DNA of 62,407 bases, the filler included, from Choristocarpus tenellus KU-1152 (lineage: Eukaryota > Protista > Phaeophyceae), in the NCBI GenBank assembly GCA_964200185.2. It is 13 parts of 13 records of this genome, joined end to end, with 100 filler letters (N's around TTAATTAATTAA, not from the genome) between each part and the next. Parts side by side here need not be neighbours in the genome. Positions count along the whole stretch, not along the records: positions 39,540 to 44,850 come from CAXNAD020011191.1; positions 44,951 to 47,980 come from CAXNAD020022817.1; positions 48,081 to 53,234 come from CAXNAD020011687.1; 10 more parts are not named here. One strand, given 5' to 3'. Under the pieces are notes generated by a model. That model was not told where the DNA came from. It saw only the letters and a list, made by a program, of their open reading frames with translations, and ran no database searches. Each line of letters starts with the position of its first letter. Positions within the stretch are counted from its first letter, which is position 1. Position numbers and translations under genes: made by a program. Positions 39,595-51,000 of this stretch are shown piece by piece.

Positions 39595-42500
39595 CAGTAC
39601 CAGGACGTACTCAACTGGGTCAACCTCCACCAGGTCCACAGCGGGCGGGGCCGTGATGGCGGCAGTGCAGAGGTTGAGAGCAGCAAGAACGGATCGGCAT
39701 CAGATGACCGTGAGAAAGAAGACGAGGGAGGGGACGAACACAAAGGAGGAGACGAAGACGTTGGAGGGAATGGACTGCCAGACAGGGAGGATACGGGCGA
39801 AGGGGGTTCTGTCGGCAGTGTTCCTGGTGCAGAAGAAGAACAAAACGACGAGGGAGGGTGGAACGTGGGCGTTTGCTGTACTAAATGTAATCCTCCACTC
39901 ACGTCTCGGTGAGTAATGTAGTTGTAACGGTACACGTGTAGGGCGGAGTGTAATTAATAGCGTAAGATTGGTTTCCATCCAATCCCCCGAATGGATAGAG
40001 GGTCAAAGTATCTGGGGGGGGGGTTGTGGTTTGTGAGGGGGCGTCCGTTTCGGTCAAACAACTTTTTATTGCTGACATTTCAAATCCGACACGTGCGACC
40101 AAATTACACCAAAAAAGTGAAAATCGAAAAAAGGGTGAAAAACGGACGCCGACCCTCCCCCCTCAGATGCTTTGACCCAGATACGTTGTATCTTTTCAGC
40201 GGCGCACGCCATCGAACCGGTGGAATGTTGCGGGGTCCCTCTGTGTGCAGCGCTGTGGTAGCTACCCCCACGTCTCTTTATTTACCACAGTCCAATTGTG
40301 TGTTAATGTATGTACATCACCGACTGTTGTATCTCACCTGTACTACTTCGTGCTGTTTTGCGCGGCCAATTTCGTGATCCTTCGTAACCGTGGATTCCCG
40401 CGTTGTATTGTTGTGCCCAATTAATGATTTTGGAAAATACTATCCTGTCTGTTTAATGCTCTTGTTCGATGACACGCGCGACAGGTATTCATGCCCAAGG
40501 TGCTCAATCACGCATATGGGCGAATGTGCCTACACGGAGATTGTAGGCGACGAAAGGCATAAGGATCGATTATGTATCAAATGCCCCATGGCACAGGAGG
40601 GCAGTGAAGGGTCTGGATGGGTGGGGAACGAAGCGGCGGGTCGGGGCAGGGGCAAGGGCAAGGGTAAGGCTCGCGCAAGGAGCGCGGGCGGGTCACCCAC
40701 GACGCAAAGCCTTTTACGTCCCCCCTCACGCAGCGAAACGTCCGACATGGAGAAGTGCATGTGGGTCTCGGCGTTGTTGCACATTATACAGACACACAAG
40801 TCCTCTCTGCGTGTTTGTTTTCGCGTTGGTTTGCACATAGGTCTTGGCTGCTTGTACATCATGTGGATTGCTCATCTTTTGTACAATAGATGTGTCGCTT
40901 TTTTGGAGGGTTCCATGGGCCATAGAACTTAGTGTTTTGACGTCTACCCTCCTTCCACGAGATGTATCTGATGAGTCTGGCGTTGTGGAGGGTACACCCT
41001 GACATTTTGGAGATGACATGGAAATATTGTCAGACACTCACTTAATGAAAAGATTGCCTGCACCGTAGCTTGCTATGCCGTCCTTCTTGTCGTGCTGTCT
41101 GTCTACTGTGTCGTGTGTCATGATGTCCAAGCAGGAGTGAGAACACTGTACTACACGACCTTCACCCTCTTGACCCCACGGTATCCTTAGACAAACTTGG
41201 TGATTTCGCCTTCCGCAACGCGCCAAAGCTCGCCATAGTGTCCATTGCCGCCGAGCCAAGACACCTCATCGACGAAGAGGCGACCAACACACGCCTGCGC
41301 GAGACGCTTCAGTGCTTGCGGCCTAAGATGCATCCTCAGGGCACCATCGCGCTATTTGTGCCCCACCCGTGGGCCGTGCAAGCACACCGCCTACACGGTG
41401 AGTTGCAGAGTTCGCCAGCGCTGAAATACGGGGTGTATTGCGGGAGACTATTGCAATCCACCATGGCCGTTATCATTCCGTCCGTGTGCCGGTCGAATAT
41501 TGAGCGACCGTTCAGGAGATGCGGATTAGGTCGTGTGTATTCCTATATTTTTCGCTTTCCCCATGTTGTTTCATGTCCTTCGTACCTTCTACTTCCTTTT
41601 GTATCGCTTGATCTTTCCCCCTGGCAACTACGTACTTCTTTTTTTTATTGTCCACAAATCACATGCTGGTGTTACTCGTCTTCACTACATTTTTTTGCCA
41701 TATTTACTTCTATTATTACTTAATCTCCTATTGTTGGCAATTTTTGCATTGGTTATTCGCCTTGCGTTCCACACTCATTGTTCTATTATAATGTTAGTGG
41801 TACGAGATTTCATGAATCCCTACGATAACTACTTGTGTGATGTCACTGTCAAGTTTGACGCATGCCGGACCCACGCGCTCCCTCCCGCCTTCTCTTCATT
41901 CAGAGGCTCTTACTGCGTCGAAGGTGGGCTTGATTGTGGAGGATCATCCCCTAACCCTAATATACAAGACGAGGAGGAGGGGGCGCCCTCAATTAGGCAC
42001 AGATAACCATCTCAAAGGATGTGAGGACATGATTCTTCTCGCGCATAACGATGGGACAATGTTCACATGCAATAAGCGAGTCACCGTCGACGACATCTTT
42101 GGCCATGGGCATGATGCATCTCCTCCGGTACTCCAAACCATGATGGATGTCGAATAAGAAGGTGCTGCCTCGGACATCCCCATGAGGGCCCTCCACTTCC
42201 TAGTTAACAGGTTCATTAATAACGTCACACACACCCTTCTTCACAGAAGCATTGATTTTTTTTTGTAGAAGGTGTAGGATATCGTTAAACAGTAACAGAA
42301 CGAGCTGGGTGACGGTTCAGGGGCATCAATCCATCCCACGAGTTTGTTTCCCGAATCGGTACGTTAAGCGTCAAAACGCACCAAGAGTGTGTTGCCCTGT
42401 ATCGGGACGTTACTCATACACTGCGAAATGATGAATCCGTGCGCAATACAATATACCACTTTAGGGCTAATTTACGAACTGCCCTCCTACGATAGGTACA

Positions 42501-43531
42501 CGAATGTTGGGGACATCGTCGTCTCCTACAGCGCAGAGAGGCACAATGTGGTGGAGGCGGCCCTTGAACGGAGCAGGAGGGTGTAGGTGTTCGTGTCCAA
42601 CACGGCATCAAAAGACGAGGTAAAAGAGAAGATGGACACGTCCTTTGGCCAAGCCTACGAAGATGGTAAGTGGAAGGTAAGAAGGATGTGTTGGCTTTTT
42701 TTTCCATTGCTTTCCAACTTGTTTTTTGCCTACGTTCCCCATGGATAGGTCTCGGGCGTGCAATTGTACTGGTGATGTTTCCTTGTAGATGTTTACACGT
42801 TGCCAACAGAGTGCACGCAGTTACCCACACCACCGCTGGAAATCGCGAGTCCCCAAGACTTTGCTGTGATTGTCGGTACGTCGTAATGTCCTCCATCCCC
42901 GCATGAACAAAAAAAAAAACGTGCTGCAGTACACCACAACATCTTTAACCAACGCCTGAATAACCCATACATATGTGAAAAAACCTTATCGCATGGCTAA
43001 CCCACTTCACTGCCACATTGTTGGGTGTCCCATATACGCACATGATACTGTAGGTATCCACGACTCTCGCTCAAGAACACGTGATAGACCCTTCCTGCCT
43101 GCCGGAAACCTTGGGGCAGACCCTCGTCCCAACGGAGACACAGCGATGTTTTGCTGAGGCCATCCATCCTCAGGGAAAGGCGATGGAACGCGATGAGGCG
43201 ACCATTTTCGTTGCGAAGACGGTGGCGACGGACTTCGGCTACCAGATCGAGGTGAATGTGGTATAGAATGCGCTAATTTACTAATTTTGTTAAGATCGAA
43301 CGGCAGAGTTTAGTTACCAGCATGCAGAAAAGACTATTTATTTTTATTCGTTAGTCCTAACCTACCTAATGCGGCACCCAAATACGTCGTGTACAAAAAT
43401 GTGGGCCTTGAAGGTAAGTATTGCATCGGTAGTGTGTTCGACTATTTGCCACTATAAGGTTGCCGTTCTTGCACCACCTTCTTCGGACGATATTACCTCC
43501 AAATCACGAACATTCATGAATCGCCGTACTC

Positions 43532-43577
<46 letters not shown>

Positions 43578-44486
43578 AGTCTTTTTTTTTCCCCCAACCC
43601 CCCCCTCTGGCACGCTTTTTTCCCNNNNNNNNNNCCAAATCACCAACATTCATTAATCGCCCTTCTCTCCCCCCCCCCCCCTCAACACCCCTCGACCCCA
43701 CCCAACCCCACTGATGTCTTTGTCTTCCGCAATACTCATCCGTGTGCAAGCTTGTACTCGAATCCCACGGAAATGGCCTTGTTCCCGCTTGAAGGGAAAG
43801 ACTACAAAGTCGGCACAAATGACCTCCCTGCATGGGGTGATCTCGAAGTGTGCAACTCTCGATCAGAGGCCTTCAGTTCGATCTCCCCTGAAGACCAAAA
43901 AGAACAGTACATTCGTCTACTTCATGTGGCCAATAACAGACAGCTCAAGCGCATGCTTTCGCCTGGAATGGAGGTGTGTGGGCTGGGCGCTGGGCTCTAC
44001 TTGCTCGTGGCAGCCACTTGCCCTCTGTACTACATGCGATGGACCAAGAAGGCAGACGACACAAACATCGAATTTACATCAAAAGTGCCGCAGAGCGGAA
44101 GCCGTCAACAGGTCCTCCTCCCCTTCTCCCAGGTTGGCCCCGGGCAGATGTTCGTCACGCCCGTAGTCGGGAGGGTGTGCAAACCCTGGGCAATAGATAA
44201 CACCAAATCACCATTCAACGCACTCCCAGGTGGTAGGGTAGTGCGTTCTCGAGGGTTCGAAGTGGTGGATTCGGACTCAGAATTGACGCCAATGACCACT
44301 AGAAAGCGCAAGTATCCCCCTTCCGGCACGGGTGGAAAGGGGGAAGGTCGCAACGTATGGAGTGGAGGTAGTGATTCTGCCATGGAAGACGACCCGAAGT
44401 ATGTCAGCAACGCAGAGGAGGACGAGGAGGAAAAAGAAGATGCGTTAGGGTATGATACAGAGAAGGATGAAGGGGCTGACGAATAG
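39595..44486 (+). pseudogene. Disrupted multi-exon gene: acidic region + PHD-like finger + N6A/N4C DNA-methyltransferase-like fold + SET-like domain + acidic tail
   Basis: Approximate exons 39595-39908, 40485-40760, 41135-41397, 41904-42211, ~42269-42665, 42789-42875, 43054-43251, 43751-44486. Several junctions are phase-compatible. In-frame stops at 42155-42157 and 42584-42586, plus frameshifts. Domain calls by motif resemblance only. Confidence 0.55.
40000..40178. mobile_element. MITE family A, complete copy
   Basis: TIR GGGTCAAAGTATCTG...CAGATGCTTTGACCC, flanked on both sides by AGA (3-bp TSD); sits in an intron. Confidence 0.8.
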
Positions 44487-47133
44487 GAGTAAGAAGATAA
44501 TCGGGACGGCGGGCAGAAAGGAGGGAGGGGGGGGGGGGGTGAGAGGCGGGGGGGCGGCACACGTTGACAAAGTAATGATTGACCAACAGCAAACAGAGGA
44601 TACAGGAGTGTTTTTTGTTGATGATGTCTCGTTCGTCCAGTACTTAGTTCAAGCAGGTTGTTTGTGTGTCTCTTTAGTTCCCAGTAACATGCTTACGAGA
44701 GTCTAAGCCCATTATTGCTTCGGGTGACGTGTAGAACTTCTTGCGGTGGCAGGGGGAGGAGGGGTACAACGAATGAGCAGCAAAATTAAACACCTGATGT
44801 TTTATTTTATTTTATGCGATGCAAGATTTTTTTTTTACTATAATTTAGCCNNNNNNNNNNNNNNNNNNNNNNNNNNNNNNNNNNNNNNNNNNNNTTAATT
44901 AATTAANNNNNNNNNNNNNNNNNNNNNNNNNNNNNNNNNNNNNNNNNNNNTTCCTGATTTTGGTCGAAATGGACACCCTAGTGTAGACCTCCCCCCCCCT
45001 CCCAGATACTTTGGGTCTCCTGTGCCCCCAGCCAACCATAATTCTTCCACCCACAAAACTCAGATTATTTAATGAACTATCATATGTCGAACCTGCACCT
45101 ATAAAATGGGTCTACTGTGCGGCCAGACTACAGACAAGGGATGAACCGAGAGTTCGACGAGTTAGTTAAGTCTCGTATGGTCTGTCGACCTGGTGTCTGC
45201 GTGACACACCTGGAGATTGGTCCATGTATTTCTATTCCAACATCTGGTATCTTGGAGATATTGTGATGACTGGAAAAGAAGAAATGTGCTTGAGGTTATC
45301 GACACAAAATTTACTACTGTGTCTCCAAGCGGTTTCAGGGATTCAAATAACGGAACAGGTGTACCCCTCCCCTCCCTTTCGGAAACCGTCCAAGGCGAGA
45401 AATTCCACAGAAATTTGGGAACAAGGTTTTTCTCTTTGAATATTAGTGAGATATACACCTCCTTGTTTGGCTGTCCTCGTCCACTGTAACCTGTAGTATA
45501 CGTGGAACCCATTTTTTAGGATGAACATTACGCTAGTACCATATGTTTGGACATTATCATGAAATATGTAAGGCCTTTTTTGTTCTTCCTTTCGAAATAT
45601 AGGTACCAGTCTTGGCGACAGGATTTGCTTTGTTGTTATGGATACTATGTTGGTGTCCTCCTCCATTGTAGGAATTTAGATTCGAAATACTCAATCTACC
45701 GTGAGTTAGAGTAGAATGATGGTACCCAGTTTTTGGCCGTTTCGCATTTTATACCACTCTTTCCGTCGCCTGCAATTCAACGATATTTCTATCGATGAAG
45801 TACTACGATTGATTTGAAAGCGTTATGTTTCTATTGTTTGATAGTTTTCGGCAGAATTCAGAAAACACCCTACTCGAATTTGTAGAACAGGTCGAGATTT
45901 GCACATTTTTTTGTCAGCATCCCTAGAATGCAACCCTGAGAACTCCTTGCTTACTTTGATTCTGTACACAATCTACACATTCATCTATGCACAACTGCTA
46001 GAGCACTATGGCAACACTGGCCGTGTCGTACACTGTCCTCAACCTCTTCTGCTCACCCATAGATGGGACGTTCTCCTGTTGTGTACTGCCCCCAGCGTTA
46101 CACCCCCATCTCACTACCAGTGGTTTCTGTTCCTGGGACACCTCAGAGGTATTGTTGAAGTAAGGGTGGCTTCTCCACTCAGCACTGGTAGACTCGCCTT
46201 GAACCATCTACACATGAATATGCATGAGGTACTTCCATATGAACACTGATTACCCACGAGTGAGGCAGATGGCACACTGCTACAGCACGCTCCAAAAGCT
46301 TACCTCCACAGGATATATAGCTCCTATCCACAATCCTACAGATGGCGCTGATGCACGTACAGGGCTCCTGATGTACAAGTCGTCAAGTATGCTGGATCTG
46401 GACTATTCCTTTCATAAGTATCAATATCATAAAAGGAACGGACAACGATTTACCACCTGGGGGCATGATAACAACTAAAATCTAGGACTTAAAGGTCATA
46501 TTGGAGTTTATGAAACCGCCATCAAGACATATCGCCTGTAACATACTGCATGGGCAGGCTGTTGCAGGGTGATGTTACCGTTGATCGACTACTTCTCATT
46601 ATTTAGATATTAACATATTTTTGTTGTACTGTTGATGTCCTTCCTAGGAGCATACGGACAAGAATACACTACTTTTTACACTGACTTCTTCCCCTTTTTA
46701 CACTGCTCTGGCACGACTTCACAAGGACCAGATAATCCAGCGGTTAAGCTGCCTGGTGCTCCCATCAGCTTCCGTCGTGGAGGAAGAGACTGTTATAATG
46801 TAGATAAGGAGATCAACATGGTTTTATTGCACCATTACAAAATGACAAGCCTTGTACGATATGAGCAAATCTTTCAATCCATTATTCCATTTCATGCATA
46901 AAAAGTGTAATATCTTGCCCTATGTTGACCACCAGAACAAGCAGTCCAAATGTAGCCTGATCTTCCATTACACCCTAAGTATATTCTGCCTGATGTATGT
47001 TCTCGTGTCCTTCGCCTTGACTATCTGATGGCACAGATGGCACTTGAGTATAGTGACAGTGGAGGTTAGGGTGACAAACGAAGAACTGGGGGGTCAAGTG
47101 CAAGGTGGTATGGTATAGTAGGCTCTGAGTTGT

Positions 47134-47389
47134 GAGTGAAGGTATCTTAGAGGGTAGAGCCGCGTCGGTTTGAGAGGAAAAATCCAATGTTCCGATTGTG
47201 ATGTAATTTTGGCTACCGTGATTGTTAGGAACTGTCAATACCCTTGTTCCAGATACACCTTTTCATAGCGTATACATTTTACCTACTCCGAAATGTTTCG
47301 GAGTAGGAAAATGTAATAAAAAAAACGTGGGAAGTCAAGCCCCAAATGGGTATCAGGGAAAACTCGTACCCTCTAAGATATTTTCACTT
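47134..47389. mobile_element. MITE family B, complete copy (another partial end at 39540-39595)
   Basis: GAGTGAAGGTATCTTAGAGGGTAGAG ... CTCGTACCCTCTAAGATATTTTCACTT; internal hairpin CCTACTCCGAAA-TG-TTTCGGAGTAGG. Confidence 0.8.
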
Positions 47390-48080
47390 TTGCCGTTCCC
47401 TTTGTGGTAAAATAGCAATGAAAATTGGTATTTGACTGCAATGTCGACACCAAGATGTGTGTGCAGCCGCTATAGCTCCTCCAGAAAAATAACATATCCG
47501 TCATAGTCCAAATTCAATGCTAGACTGAGGGCGCAAATATTCCCAGCCCAACAGCTTTCCACATAGGTGTGTACATCTTCAGTCCAGATTAAAGTGATTC
47601 TCTTGCCTACCTCAGGGTCCAGGCTACTCGATGAATCTGTAAATAGTGGTGTGCCGACAGAAGGAGATATTCTTGTAACTCTTCTGGTCGGTATGTTCCT
47701 TGCTTTGCCTAGCCAAGATTGCAGAACAGAACCTTCTTACACGGAGTGTTTGGACGAAGAAGTGCTTCAGTATTGGAATGTCCTCCTTTGAGACGAGGAG
47801 GGAGATCCTTTTGTACGTGTTTATGCCCTGGACCATGCACAACCCTCTTTGTTTGAGTTAATGCATTGCAGACGATGCATCAACTTGGCGAGACCCAAAG
47901 TATCTGTGGGGGGGGGGGGGGGGGGACACCCGGGTGTGGGGTTGTGTCGAAAGGGGGAAATGTAATTGTTAATCATGCTTNNNNNNNNNNNNNNNNNNNN
48001 NNNNNNNNNNNNNNNNNNNNNNNNTTAATTAATTAANNNNNNNNNNNNNNNNNNNNNNNNNNNNNNNNNNNNNNNNNNNN

Positions 48081-51000
48081 CACGCGCGTATACTGCTCGC
48101 GCTTGTTAAAGCGCGGGAAGAAATACTCGCGCTATTCGCCTGTAACATGCCCCCCAGCGTGAACTAGGTATACATGTTTCACGCTTACCACAGGCGATTG
48201 TCACCGGTTAAGACAATAGATATTACCTGCCACCTCAGATCACACTGTAGCAGCATGAATTAATTGCCATCACACAAAAGAGGGGCTCCAGTTCCAACTT
48301 GTCAGTTGTTTCCAACCCAGGGATCTATCTCGGTTCCAAACTCCAGATAGTTCCAACCAATGATTTGACATATCTCCCAGTTTCTTTTATGAGAATATTT
48401 CCTCAAGAGTCTTAAGATACAGTCAAAACCAATAAATGTCGGAGCTAATCAGAGTATATATTTTTATTAGAAATATATAACTTCAACTAGGTCCATAATT
48501 GATCAACACATATCCATGTTTTTCTTGGGATAATTTATCCAAAGAGGAACAGAATATCTTTGCATCTCGGCTAGTCTGAGTATGTACTTGCTCTTTTTGA
48601 AACATCTTCAAAAATTGCAAAGTATATACCTCTGACATGACCTAAAATGAATGGGACCCCTGTTCCGATCACCTTGATCATAAATGATCCATCTCCACAA
48701 TTCTTTTGAAAAGAGTCCATCCACAAGGTCATAGGATACACTCTTATTCACAATGTGTCTGCCTAAACTAAATATGCCTGTTCTCTTGGCTCAGACTTCA
48801 GGATAACAAAAATGGAGAAAATAAGAGAATCCAAAAAAATAAAACAAAAGAAGAATGTATCCTATATCACAACGTTTACTACAAGTAATTGTTACTGGTG
48901 AAGACAATAGACGTCATTAATCGCCTCAAATCATCCTGTAGCAGGGAGAAGGAAGAGCAGAAAAATATGCCTAGCTTCTACTAGGCCTAAACATGTATCC
49001 TTATCCTACTTGGGGGAATCTGTCTGCGTCTAGTCTAATTCTGAGGATATATTTATTCTAAGGTACAGCTTTCCTAGGGTGCCAAATATCATCCAATTAT
49101 TTCCTGTCTCATGCCCCCCAGCACGAAGCATACTGACGGCTGCTAGTGTGTAAAACAGGCCATAACATCAACGTCAGTCAATAAATCGGTTAGTCCTCAC
49201 GTACCTTGCCTTCTGGATGCGTAGTGGTTACCTGTTAGGTTATTTTCGGGAGAAACGACTCATTTCACTCTTGTTCATTTCTTCCCAATCTCCATCATTA
49301 AACCGTACCCTCCAGTAGGATGACTTGAAGTCAAAAACTGTACCTATGTACCACTTATCCTTTCCCTTCTCGTCTTTCCATGACTTCTTGACAGCGGTAC
49401 CTGTGGGGAAAAGACGTAATGCATCCTCTCTAGACAAGGGTTTTCCTTGGCGGGAGGTGTCAGTAGGGCGTGGGCTCGTGTCTGGATTATAGAGGTCCCG
49501 TAGGGCATGGAAGACATCTAGCTGTAGTGGAGTGAAGCTATCCATAGCCTCTCTCTCAGTAATCCAATCTGACAATTCCCCATTCTGGTACTTTCCCCTG
49601 TACTCCAAATGCCAGACATTGGATGGCGACAATATTGCTTTTCTGTCTGTAAGAACGTACATGGGAGTAGCTACCACAGATTGCTCTGACAAGCCTAGGT
49701 CCGACTCCCATACTAGTTGAGCATACTCCTCTTGGAAGCTATGTCTTAGATGAGCGGGTCGTACGTGAAATGGTTTTACGTGAGAAGCATGAACAGTACG
49801 AGTGCGAGTTTGCCTGCCTAGCAGCTCTACTGTCATGCTACTACTTTGATGTAATACCTCTTTCACAGTCCATGGTCCTGTCCATCTTTCATGAACTAGT
49901 TTTCTGCCTACTCTCGTCTCGTCTAATCTTTCCCCATAGATAAAGCTGTCTGCTTCTTTTACTAGGACTAGGTCACCTGGTTTGGATCCGAGTCCAGGTG
50001 AAGACCTAGCGATCAAAGCATTGGCTCTCTCTCTCTGTCTCTGCCTAGCGGACATCCTTCTCTCTAGGACTTCTCGTACCTCCCTGAAGTTCTGTCTACG
50101 CTGTTCGATGAAGGAATCCAATCATCCAATCTCTATGTCCCCATCCAACTTAGGTACGACTGCATCTAGCTGTGTGCGGGGGTCATGGCCAAACAGGACT
50201 CGGAAGGGGGTGGGGTTGAGGGGGTCAGAGGGATCTGGGGTGGTGCGTTGTGCCCAACAAGCTGGAGATACGTACTCATCCCATCTATCTGGCCACTTCA
50301 CACATAGTTCTGACAAGATTTCTAAAAGCAGGCCTCCCATATTTTCTACTCCCCCTTGTCCCCTCGAGTTGCCAGTTGGTCCATAATTGATAGGGACCTT
50401 CAGTCAACGGCAAAGGTAACTCATTACGTCTCCTGTGAACTCCCCTCCCGCATCACTACGAATTGACAGAGGTATCCCGAATGTGAGACATAATTCTAGC
50501 ACATTTGTCGTTACTCCCGTTGCTTCGTTTGAAGCCATGGGAAATGCAAAAGGAAATCTCGAAGGTCTATCAATCACAATTAATAGATACTTACTGCCTT
50601 TTGCTGAAATGTGTCCTACATCTTGTAGGTCCATCTCAAGTACATCCCAAGGTTCCCGGAACTTGGCTGGCAGCATTGCCACTTGTCCGCTCCTGGTCCT
50701 CTTTCGTCTGCGACAGCCACAGGAGGATAAAACATAATCCTGCGTGTCTTTGTGGAGTGAGGGCCAAAAGAAGTATCGACGGGTTAGGGCCACTGTGCGT
50801 CCAACTCCCTGATGACTAGTCTGCAGGTGAACTAGTGCTAGGATGTCTGACACTAGTGAGCGGGGATCTGCTAGCCTAGGTGAATACTCTCTAGGGGTGT
50901 ACCAGAGTAACTCTTTATCATCTAAGGAATACGACTCCACATCTATACTCCCTTTTTCCCATTCGAGTGACGACTTCCAGTGTTGTTGGCCTTCGAGTAC

